The position numbers and the translations under genes were made by a program. The notes under the pieces were generated by a model. It was not told the DNA's origin. It saw nothing but the letters and a program-made list of their open reading frames with translations, and searched no databases. A stretch of 25,795 bases of DNA from a virus. Lineage: Duplodnaviria; Caudoviricetes. This document shows positions 1 through 7,248 of this stretch, piece by piece (positions within the stretch are counted from its first letter, which is position 1; each line of letters starts with the position of its first letter). The stretch lies in IMG/VR virus record IMGVR_UViG_3300030492_000021, positions 1-25,795 of that record; one strand, 5' to 3'.

Positions 1-1
1 C

Positions 2-64
2 GAGGAAACTGCGATTAAGCACATTGAAGATTTAGAGTACTTATACAAACATAACGATTTTTAA
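2..64 (+). CDS. 3' end of a hypothetical protein (truncated by window edge)
   Basis: Open frame EETAIKHIEDLEYLYKHNDF-TAA ends 2 nt before the ATG at 67. Confidence 0.5.
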   Translation, partial: EETAIKHIEDLEYLYKHNDF

Positions 65-66
65 TC

Positions 67-273
67 ATGGCACAGAAAAAAACAAGAAACGACTACGAAG
101 CGTGGCTAAACAAAATCGGTTGTACTCTCCCGAAACAGTATTTTCAATTTGGGGAAAAGAATTATTTCCGTTACGGAGAAAATCAAACGAAGTACGGGAC
201 CACAATGCGACTCCACGACCCTGAGCAGTTCAAAGAAGGTTATCCTATTTGGAAAGGGGGAAGATATGATTGA
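67..273 (+). CDS. Phage hypothetical protein (68 aa)
   Basis: ATG in A/T-rich context; tightly packed between the upstream stop (64) and the next start (266). Confidence 0.7.
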   Translation: MAQKKTRNDYEAWLNKIGCTLPKQYFQFGEKNYFRYGENQTKYGTTMRLHDPEQFKEGYPIWKGGRYD

Positions 274-736
274 TGAAGAAAAAGTTCCTCAGACAATTGA
301 AGAGGCTGCAGAAGAGTATTTAAAAAATACTGTTGGGTGTATAAGCAAACACGCTTCTGAATGTGTAATTATTGATTTTGTAACAGGCGCAAAATCCGAA
401 GCAGCAAAGGAGTATTGGAGAGCAGAGCTAAAAAAGGAAACCATTTTCGAAAGAGTTTCAGGGCTTGGCCGGATTGCAATTATTGGTCATTGTGGATTGG
501 ATGGAATGGTTGAAAGAGTCGGACAATTAGCTATGGAGAGAGGTTGTGAAATGACATTTTTGGATGATAGTAATGTTCAAAAAGTGTTCTCAATGAACAG
601 TGGTGTTCCTTCTATGAAAGAAGAGTTTGAGAGATTAAGCCTGTCATTGCATAATATTTTAGAGGACTATTCCCCACGACCCTACGACCGAAAACAGATG
701 TCAAACAATAATTATAAAAAGAAAAGGAGAAAGTAA
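266..736 (+). CDS. Phage hypothetical protein with basic C-terminus (KKKRRK)
   Basis: Start moved from 149 to ATG 266 (MIDEEKV), which overlaps the previous stop; IEEAAEEY...FVTGAK resembles common small phage ORFs. Confidence 0.7.
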   Translation: MIDEEKVPQTIEEAAEEYLKNTVGCISKHASECVIIDFVTGAKSEAAKEYWRAELKKETIFERVSGLGRIAIIGHCGLDGMVERVGQLAMERGCEMTFLDDSNVQKVFSMNSGVPSMKEEFERLSLSLHNILEDYSPRPYDRKQMSNNNYKKKRRK

Positions 737-737
737 A

Positions 738-1160
738 ATGAAAGCAACAATTTCAGTAAAGCAAGAAGTAAACATTGTGACGTTACACGTTGCAGCACAA
801 GTCCGTTATTGGGAAGATTCCGAAATAAACGGAGAAAGCGATTCAGAAGATGGGAAACTGATTCCATGTAAAGAAGGTGAATTATGGTGTCCGATTATAA
901 ATGTCGATAGTGGTATTATAACCAATTGGGAGCAGGGCAAAAAGGCTGAGATTCACTACAAAATTTGTGATTCAGGCAGTTACTACTTGAAGGATGAAGA
1001 AGGCAATACAGTACTTCAAATCGAGGAAGACTACGTTCCTAAAATGCTTGACCCAACAGATGACGGCTATGGTGACTATATAATTTTCAACGTTGACGAA
1101 AATGGTTTAATCGAAGATTGGAAGCAAACACTTGACGGTTTTGTTGGTGATGAAGATTAA
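738..1160 (+). CDS. Conserved-looking acidic phage hypothetical protein (140 aa)
   Basis: Starts 1 nt after the previous stop; motifs VRYWED, IPC..GELWCP.I, HYKICD.G.Y, GYGDYI..G.I..W look like a conserved phage family of unknown function. Confidence 0.85.
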   Translation: MKATISVKQEVNIVTLHVAAQVRYWEDSEINGESDSEDGKLIPCKEGELWCPIINVDSGIITNWEQGKKAEIHYKICDSGSYYLKDEEGNTVLQIEEDYVPKMLDPTDDGYGDYIIFNVDENGLIEDWKQTLDGFVGDED

Positions 1161-1210
1161 ATATGTAATATTCAGATTGTCAGTATATTAGAAAATAAAT
1201 GTTATTTTAT

Positions 1211-1253
1211 TACAGAAAAGTGATTGTAATGCAATCACTTTTCTGTATTTTTG
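1211..1253 (+). promoter_or_regulatory. Head-operon promoter with operator 1 (TGATTG-taatg-CAATCA, 1221-1237) inside a perfect 16-bp inverted repeat; -7 element TATTTTTG at 1246-1253
   Basis: TACAGAAAAGTGATTG (1211-1226) is the exact reverse complement of 1232-1247; TTG lies 19 nt before TAnnTTTG, matching the Bacteroidota promoter consensus. Confidence 0.75.
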
Positions 1254-1363
1254 TTGCCTATAGTTTAAGACTTAGGCTACAAACCGTTATGAAATATCGT
1301 AATTGTTAGTTTATAGGATTTGTATTCAGGTCTTGCAAACAAAAACAATTAATTCATAACAGA

Positions 1364-1996
1364 ATGAAAAACAAAGTATTAGCACAATTAAAACTCAAAG
1401 CGTCATCGTTGGGGTTTAATCAAACAGAGCTTGACGGAGTTGCAACATCCATTGCTGCAAATCTTACAGCCGAATCCACAGATGATGAAGTTGCGACAGC
1501 AGTCACAACCGTACTCCCTTACTTGCAATTATCGCAGTCTTCATCCAATCGGATAATCAATGCAGAGAAAGCAAAACAAGCTACCGAAGCACTCGCTAAA
1601 ATTGAAGCTGATAAAGAAGCTGCAAGAATACTAGCAGGGGGCACACCACCAAAAACAGATGAAACCAGTGCAATGGCTATCCTCGAAGCAAGACTTAAAG
1701 CGCTTGAATCAGGCAATGCATCCAAAGACAGAAAAGCAACTTTTGAAGCAACTTTGTCAGGGCTAATGCCAAAGCAAAAAGAATCCATGTTGAAAGACTT
1801 TGACCGTATCAACTTTACAGACGATGCGGATTTTCAAACGTATCTAGCTGAAAAATCAGTCACGATCCTTGGAATTAATCAAGAGTTGGCAGACGAAGGC
1901 CTTTCTAAAATGGCACGTCCTGCAGGTGGTGGCAGTGAAAAAACTGAACTTGACGAGTTTGCAAAAATGCAAGCTGAGATAAACAAAACTACTTAA
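1364..1996 (+). CDS. Capsid scaffolding/assembly protein (putative)
   Basis: Ala/Glu/Lys-rich helical protein; first gene before decoration and capsid genes; N-terminal LK.K..SLGF...EL.GVA pattern recalled from Bacteroidales prophage scaffolds. Confidence 0.65.
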   Translation: MKNKVLAQLKLKASSLGFNQTELDGVATSIAANLTAESTDDEVATAVTTVLPYLQLSQSSSNRIINAEKAKQATEALAKIEADKEAARILAGGTPPKTDETSAMAILEARLKALESGNASKDRKATFEATLSGLMPKQKESMLKDFDRINFTDDADFQTYLAEKSVTILGINQELADEGLSKMARPAGGGSEKTELDEFAKMQAEINKTT

Positions 1997-2013
1997 TTTT
2001 TAATAAATAAATT

Positions 2014-2589
2014 ATGGATTATCAAGCAACCCCCCAAAGTGGGAAAAGTTACATTCACATGTGGGATGTAGCATCGACAGTTGTTTTCGTCGGTGGTTTT
2101 CTTGTTGACAAATCATCTTTGCCCCTTGGCTTAGAAGTGTTACCGAAAGGAACATTTTTAAAAGTTGACTTGACTGAGAGAAAAGCATCAGTTGTAAAAA
2201 CAGCTATTTTGTATGAAGCGATTACTGCGCTTTCAACTGCGGTAAAAATCAAAAAGGGTTCATTGCTCATTGCAACCGATGTAGTCGGAACAGGAGCAAA
2301 CAAATCAGTGGTAGGTGTAATCACAACTACTGACCCATTGTTCGACAGTTTCCCTATTGTTGCAAACGCTCTTGGAGTTATTGCTTTGGGTGGAGTTGTT
2401 CAGTCGTACACTGCTGCAGGTGTGGCAATCAATCCCGATGGGTTGAATTTCTGCAATGTGGATATTGATGCTCAACCATCATGTTCTGTAATCTATGAAG
2501 CCCGTGGAGTTGTGCCGGAAGCGTTGCCTAGTGCAATCACTGATGCGATTATCGGAGCTTTGAAGTTCGTCCAATTTCTTAAAAAATAA
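2014..2589 (+). CDS. Head decoration/cement protein (putative)
   Basis: 191 aa, beta-rich; lies between scaffold and capsid (lambda gpD-like position). Confidence 0.6.
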   Translation: MDYQATPQSGKSYIHMWDVASTVVFVGGFLVDKSSLPLGLEVLPKGTFLKVDLTERKASVVKTAILYEAITALSTAVKIKKGSLLIATDVVGTGANKSVVGVITTTDPLFDSFPIVANALGVIALGGVVQSYTAAGVAINPDGLNFCNVDIDAQPSCSVIYEARGVVPEALPSAITDAIIGALKFVQFLKK

Positions 2590-2595
2590 TCTGCT

Positions 2596-3708
2596 ATGAA
2601 AAACATTTTAGAAACCATTCAAAATCCGGTGTCATTCAGCATTTTCGTAAATGAAAATATGAAGACTTCTACCTACCAAGTGGGTTGGACTGCGGAAATG
2701 GATGTTGAGTACGAAGCTTCAAAAAGCTTTAGTGCTATTACTGCAGACTATGCTGCTGCAATTTTGGGTACTGTTATCGACAAAAATGGTGAACGTCCAA
2801 AACGTGACATGCCATCTATCGGGGACATTACAGGTAAAATCACTCGTATGGGTGACGAGTGGCAAATGGATAATGACCGTTTGGAAAGATATTTCCTTAT
2901 GGAAGACCGTTTCCGTAATTCTCAAAAGAATTTCAGCACAGTGCAGAAATTAGCTCAATATAGTGCGTTGACTAAATACCTATTCAATCCGTACGAACTT
3001 GCTGCTATAGCTCCCCACAGACGTATTTTAGCACAGTATTGGGAAGGTCTTTCTACAGGTTCAATCTCACTTACCAAAACTAACAACGAAGGTGGTTTGG
3101 TTTGGTCTGCTGCTTTGGATTTACAAATGGCAAAAAATACTCTTCGTGCTACTGATATAGTTTGGTCGAAAGCCACTCTTGCAACAATGAACGTGATTGA
3201 TGTTTTGCAGAATGCGGAAGAGGTAGCAACTGCTGCAGGTAAAACCGTATTGAAACACAGAATGAGTAAAGCTACTGCTGCTTTGGTTTGTCAGTGTTCA
3301 CAGTTGAAAGGGTTAATCGGTATGAACTTGGGTAAAATCCAAACTTTGACAAGTCCGGCCTTAGGAGTTGCAACTGTAAATCAATACTTGGCTGCAATTG
3401 AACTTGCACCTATCGAAGTGATTAAAGAAGTTGGTTATTTGGCAGATGGAAATTCATTCTCAATGTTTGCAGATGGACGTGTTGTTTCTCAATGTGCTCC
3501 AAAAGTAGCTGTTTTGAAAGTATCTGATTCTTTGGAATTAGTTGATCCACATCCGAACAAGGTTTATGCTTCATTCAATGATAACCTGGTTTCTCAATGG
3601 AGAAATGAAAAAGGTCGTTTCATTGCTTACGAAATGTACGCTTTCCCTGTATTTACAGGACGTGGTGACGTATTTATTTTGGACGTAACAACTAAAGCAG
3701 AAGCTTAA
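2596..3708 (+). CDS. Major capsid protein (lambda gpE-like, HK97 fold)
   Basis: 370 aa; position; C-terminal EMYAFPVF....VFILD and R.LAQYWEGLSTG.I segments resemble major capsid protein E family. Confidence 0.8.
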   Translation: MKNILETIQNPVSFSIFVNENMKTSTYQVGWTAEMDVEYEASKSFSAITADYAAAILGTVIDKNGERPKRDMPSIGDITGKITRMGDEWQMDNDRLERYFLMEDRFRNSQKNFSTVQKLAQYSALTKYLFNPYELAAIAPHRRILAQYWEGLSTGSISLTKTNNEGGLVWSAALDLQMAKNTLRATDIVWSKATLATMNVIDVLQNAEEVATAAGKTVLKHRMSKATAALVCQCSQLKGLIGMNLGKIQTLTSPALGVATVNQYLAAIELAPIEVIKEVGYLADGNSFSMFADGRVVSQCAPKVAVLKVSDSLELVDPHPNKVYASFNDNLVSQWRNEKGRFIAYEMYAFPVFTGRGDVFILDVTTKAEA

Positions 3709-3712
3709 TCTG

Positions 3713-4027
3713 ATGACAAATTTACAAGCTATCCGAGAAGATGTACAGCCCTATCCGGTTAGGCAAACGTTGATTGAAAGACTATGCGAAAAGTATAGTC
3801 TTTCACCAACCGAAGCAGTAAACAATGAGGTTTTAGTAACTACCATAGTTATTGAAATCCTCAGCCAAATGCTTGCCTTAAATAATGTGTCCGAAGGTGG
3901 TGTTTCCATATCTTTTGATAAGGAATCAGTATCCATGAACATTAAACGGAAATGTGCTGAAATCGGCTTGGATAGCTCGAAATTTGTAAACGGGCCAACT
4001 GTAACACTTTTGGAGGATTGGGGATGA
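3713..4027 (+). CDS. Head-tail connector protein (DUF6706-like, putative)
   Basis: 104 aa directly after the capsid gene; NVSEGGVSISF motif typical of head-tail adaptors. Confidence 0.7.
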   Translation: MTNLQAIREDVQPYPVRQTLIERLCEKYSLSPTEAVNNEVLVTTIVIEILSQMLALNNVSEGGVSISFDKESVSMNIKRKCAEIGLDSSKFVNGPTVTLLEDWG

Positions 4028-4332
4028 ACGGTACTATTCAGTCACAAATTATAACAGGCGGGGGTAAGGATGCAGAAGGCTATCCGATTAAACCTGTCAT
4101 TACTTGGAGTAATTCTATCGAGTGCAAATATATCGAAAACACATTCAACAATAGAGGTAAATACATTGATGGTAGTTTCACACAGATGTCATTCTCTATA
4201 ACGTTGTTTGATTTAGATTTTGATGCAAAAATAGTCCGGCTTACAAGTAATCGAGGTAAAATAATTTGCGAAAAAGAAGTCCAAAGTCTTAATGTTCTTG
4301 ACGAAATTCAACGTGTAAAAATAACTATCTGA
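4024..4332 (+). CDS. Head closure/head-tail joining protein (putative)
   Basis: ATGA overlap with the previous stop; GG.D.EGYP....W...I.C motif; neck position. Confidence 0.65.
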   Translation: MNGTIQSQIITGGGKDAEGYPIKPVITWSNSIECKYIENTFNNRGKYIDGSFTQMSFSITLFDLDFDAKIVRLTSNRGKIICEKEVQSLNVLDEIQRVKITI

Positions 4333-4778
4333 TGCACTTTACTGCAACGTTTAGCATGGCCGACATAGAAGCTGAAATCAATAAACAAATTGAAATCAAC
4401 AAAAAGGTTGTCATAAGCACGATGATTTATATTGGCAAAGAGTGTGTCAATGAAGCTAGAGGAATGAATACCTATGAGGACCAAACAGGAAACCTGAGAA
4501 GTTCGATTGGGTTCATGGTTCTTAGTGATGGTGTTGTTGTTCATCAATCAGCGTTTCCGGTTATCAAAAAAGGTTCAAAAGGAAAAACGGAAGGAACTAC
4601 TTTTCTAAATTCTCTAATCGCTGAACATAGCAGAGGGATTGTATTAGTGGTAGTTGCCGGAATGAAATATGCTTCTTATGTGGAAGCAATGAATTTGGTT
4701 GTATTAGCTGCAGCCGAGTTACTAGCAGAGAGAAGGGTTCCTGAATTACTCAACCAATTAGGATTTAAAAGAAGATGA
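4332..4778 (+). CDS. HK97 gp10-like neck/tail component
   Basis: Motifs Y.DQTGNLRSSIG and VVAGMKYASYVE are characteristic of HK97 gp10-like proteins. Confidence 0.8.
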   Translation: MHFTATFSMADIEAEINKQIEINKKVVISTMIYIGKECVNEARGMNTYEDQTGNLRSSIGFMVLSDGVVVHQSAFPVIKKGSKGKTEGTTFLNSLIAEHSRGIVLVVVAGMKYASYVEAMNLVVLAAAELLAERRVPELLNQLGFKRR

Positions 4779-5182
4779 CGAAAACAGGCGGTGAAATAGT
4801 AACGGTAATTTATAACTCGGTAAAATCGAGTTCTTTGAGATTAGCAGTAGAAGGTAATTTGTACAGAGATGATGCAAGACCATTGAACGCTACGACTGAG
4901 GATATTGTCGTTTCTATACTCACAGGAGATAATGAACAAATTCAATCGGGGTTTATTAATCTGAATATTTACGTTCCTGATATTGATTTAGAAGGGGTCA
5001 AAATTAAAGATTCAAAACGCTGTACTGAGTTGGAAATTATCGCAAACGCTTTCGTTGGGTCTATTTCTCTACTCTCGGAATATCAATTTGCCTTAGATAA
5101 AATGGTTCAGTCTTTCGCTGTAGAAGGTATTGAACAGCACTTTATTAATTGCAGAATTAAATTTAGATGTACTACTTTTTAA
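4775..5182 (+). CDS. Tail terminator/completion protein (putative)
   Basis: ATGA overlap; 135 aa just upstream of the tail tube gene; RP...EDIVV and NLNIYVPDI motifs. Confidence 0.65.
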   Translation: MTKTGGEIVTVIYNSVKSSSLRLAVEGNLYRDDARPLNATTEDIVVSILTGDNEQIQSGFINLNIYVPDIDLEGVKIKDSKRCTELEIIANAFVGSISLLSEYQFALDKMVQSFAVEGIEQHFINCRIKFRCTTF

Positions 5183-5193
5183 AATAAAAAACT

Positions 5194-5646
5194 ATGTCAA
5201 TACTAGCATGGGGGAAACCCTTAATTGAATTTACAGTAAGTACAGCGGGAGCAATTCCTGTTGCTGCTGTGTGGGCTCCAATGCCTGCAAGTAAGCTTGA
5301 CACCTCAAAACTTACTACCACTAAAGGCACGAAATTGGAAGCCACAGAGGAAGGCGGTGCGTTAATCGACTCAAAATCTCAGGCAAATAAGTATGTGTTT
5401 GTTACTGAAATCTTTGTGAAGAAAGGTGACGAACGACCAATCCCTGACGAAGACGGTGTTATTGATTCCAATTACGGTTGGCGTCTGACTCCCGAAGATG
5501 ATACTTTGGAAGGATATATCATGGAAAATGCATCTGTTTCAGTTGAAGAAAATTGGACTTCAAAAGATGGTTCATCTTTGATTTATACTTTTGACGGCTT
5601 GAAACCCGCTGCAGGTAAAATCGTGAAACCATACACAAAAGCCTAA
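5194..5646 (+). CDS. Major tail (tube) protein
   Basis: 150 aa, beta-rich, N-terminal LAWGKP; followed by a terminator as expected for a highly expressed gene. Confidence 0.72.
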   Translation: MSILAWGKPLIEFTVSTAGAIPVAAVWAPMPASKLDTSKLTTTKGTKLEATEEGGALIDSKSQANKYVFVTEIFVKKGDERPIPDEDGVIDSNYGWRLTPEDDTLEGYIMENASVSVEENWTSKDGSSLIYTFDGLKPAAGKIVKPYTKA

Positions 5647-5671
5647 ACAAAAAACAGGTTTTATAAACTCT

Positions 5672-5710
5672 AAAAAAGGACTTGTTTTGTAGAAAATGAG
5701 TCCTTTTTTT
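5672..5710 (+). terminator. Rho-independent terminator after tail tube gene
   Basis: AAAAAAGGACTTGTTTT-gtag-AAAATGAGTCCTTTTTT stem (two G-U pairs) ending in a T7 run. Confidence 0.8.
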
Positions 5711-5832
5711 ATTTCTATTTTAAAATCGACTTTTCGGGCTTGAAAATAATTACTGTCACAGTAATGCCACAACAATAAGCACTATTGTAACAGAAACACC
5801 AATACAAATACATTACTGTGCTAACAACTCCA

Positions 5833-5887
5833 TAGAGTAGAGTAGAGTAAAGTAAAGTAGATAAGAGAAGAAAAGAGAGAGAGAAAG
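5833..5887 (+). repeat. TARAG pentamer array (TAGAG x3, TAAAG x2) followed by a purine tract
   Basis: Read directly at 5833-5857; nearly pure A/G continues to 5887. Confidence 0.85.
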
Positions 5888-5927
5888 CGCCCACAAAATA
5901 ATCGGATATTTTCAGGGGTTTAAAACA

Positions 5928-5967
5928 AGAAAAGTGATTGCATTACAATCATAAAAGACTACTTTTA
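5928..5967 (+). promoter_or_regulatory. Tail-operon promoter with operator 2 (TGATTG-catta-CAATCA, 5935-5951); -7-like TACTTTTA at 5960-5967
   Basis: 5928-5951 is the exact reverse complement of 1221-1244 (24 bp); TTG lies 19 nt before the -7-like element. Confidence 0.7.
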
Positions 5968-5988
5968 CACATTCACAAAATTAGAGCA

Positions 5989-6531
5989 ATGGGCAAAGTA
6001 GAAATTTGGAAAAGTATTGACGGATTTGAAGATTATGAAGTAAGTAATCTAGGAAGGATTAAGAGCTTAAAATATAATCAGACAAACATACTTAAAGCGG
6101 GTACGGATAAAGACGGTTATTTACATGTAGTCCTCTGTCTTAATGGAAACTTAAATGTAAGGAAGGTTCACAGACTTGTGGCAATTGCATTTATTCCAAA
6201 TCCCGAAAACAAGGAGACTGTAAATCATAAGGATGGGAATAAGAAAAACAACGAGGATGATAATTTAGAGTGGAATACCATTACTGAAAATATAAGACAC
6301 TCTTTCGATGTGCTTAAGAGAAAATCAAGTTTTGGCGGTCTTGGGAAATTTGGAGCTGCGCATTGTGGTTCAAAAAAAATAATTCAGCTAAAAGATGGCA
6401 TTGAAATTAATCGATTTGACAGTCAATCAGAAGCATTTAGGGAAACAGGGATAAGTTATAAACATATTTCAGAAGCATGTAACAACAAAGTAAAATCAGC
6501 AGGCGGTTATCAATGGCAGTTTGCAGTTTAA
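5989..6531 (+). CDS. NUMOD4-HNH homing endonuclease with C-terminal NUMOD1-like DNA-binding domain
   Basis: EIWKSIDGFEDYEVSNLGRIKS (NUMOD4); VHRLVA.AFIPN...VNHKDGNK.NN..DNLEW.T..EN..H (HNH); FDS.SEA.RETG....I...C....SAGGYQW (NUMOD1/IENR1); start moved to ATG 5989. Confidence 0.93.
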   Translation: MGKVEIWKSIDGFEDYEVSNLGRIKSLKYNQTNILKAGTDKDGYLHVVLCLNGNLNVRKVHRLVAIAFIPNPENKETVNHKDGNKKNNEDDNLEWNTITENIRHSFDVLKRKSSFGGLGKFGAAHCGSKKIIQLKDGIEINRFDSQSEAFRETGISYKHISEACNNKVKSAGGYQWQFAV

Positions 6532-6541
6532 AAATAATAAA

Positions 6542-7033
6542 ATGGGAAATACATCAGAATCAAAAATAGCAAATACAATTTTAGAGCGTCACCAAATCGT
6601 AATGATTGGAGATATGGAATACGAAGTTGCTCAGCCCAGCACTGCAACACTAATCGAAGTATCTGAATTAGTATCGCAATTACCATCAATCAAGCTAGAT
6701 TCAGAAAATATATTACAGGAGACTCTTATGATAGCCAAAGAATGCCGTCTATTGGGAAAGATAGCTGCGACACTGATATTAGGTGCTGTCAGGCTCACAA
6801 ACTCACAGCCGAGCAAGTTAAGTCGCTTAAAGAGCCTTATTCAACGTCAACCAAAAAGGAGAGATGTTGAATGCGAAGAGTTAGGGAAGGTAATACTTTC
6901 AAACATGAACCCGAAAGAGCTAAATTCATTAATTGTGAAAATCCTAAGTTCTATGGAGATTTCTACTTTTTTTTCATTAACCACTACCCTACTAGATGTA
7001 AATCTGCTAAGACGAACAAGGGCGGTGGTTTAA
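6542..7033 (+). CDS. Tail assembly chaperone (gpG-like)
   Basis: Lies upstream of the tape measure gene; ATG 6542 in A-rich context; overlapped by a -1 frame ORF that runs to 7242. Confidence 0.75.
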   Translation: MGNTSESKIANTILERHQIVMIGDMEYEVAQPSTATLIEVSELVSQLPSIKLDSENILQETLMIAKECRLLGKIAATLILGAVRLTNSQPSKLSRLKSLIQRQPKRRDVECEELGKVILSNMNPKELNSLIVKILSSMEISTFFSLTTTLLDVNLLRRTRAVV

Positions 7034-7242
7034 ATGACAGTATTTGGGCGATGATAGCGGGTGTAGCAAAGGCTTACACATACACTTTCGATTATATTTT
7101 ATATGAAATGACCTATGCAAATTTAGTGATGTACAGTTCAGTATTACCGAGCAGTGACGATGAAGAGGAAAAAGAAGAAGTGACAATAAATGCCGATGAT
7201 CCTAAAAATAAGGATTTGATTAACCATGAACTTTTTGACTAA
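6967..7242 (+). CDS. -1 frame extension of the tail chaperone (gpGT-like), probably reached by programmed frameshift
   Basis: Frame of ORF 6871..7242 is -1 relative to the chaperone and stops 6 nt before the tape measure gene; T8 run at 6967-6974 gives T_TTT_TTT in the chaperone frame. Confidence 0.62.
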   Translation, partial: FFFINHYPTRCKSAKTNKGGGLNDSIWAMIAGVAKAYTYTFDYILYEMTYANLVMYSSVLPSSDDEEEKEEVTINADDPKNKDLINHELFD

Positions 7243-7248
7243 AAAATT

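Noticed and set aside
149-265. Extended N-terminus of ORF 149..736
   Set aside because: Overlaps ORF 67..273 by over 100 nt; ATG 266 gives a typical short overlap
5749-5887. CRISPR or mini-array
   Set aside because: Units are short and degenerate, with no constant repeat plus unique spacers and no cas genes
1221-5951. Inversion of the head module between the 24-bp inverted copies
   Set aside because: The identity is explained by a shared near-palindromic operator; no recombinase is nearby and inversion would disconnect the structural genes
5938-5988. MHYNH N-terminal extensions shared by ORFs 5938..6531 and 20653..21039
   Set aside because: Both arise from a TTG inside the operator palindrome, upstream of the predicted transcription start; the real starts are likely ATG 5989 and ATG 20719
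5647-6541. Group I intron housing the HNH gene
   Set aside because: Flanking tail tube and chaperone genes look complete with their own stop and start; no recognisable P/Q/R/S core; the HNH gene is free-standing
6871-6966. ORF 6871..7242 as an independent gene from its listed start
   Set aside because: Its first part lies deep inside the chaperone gene; it is better explained as a frameshift extension
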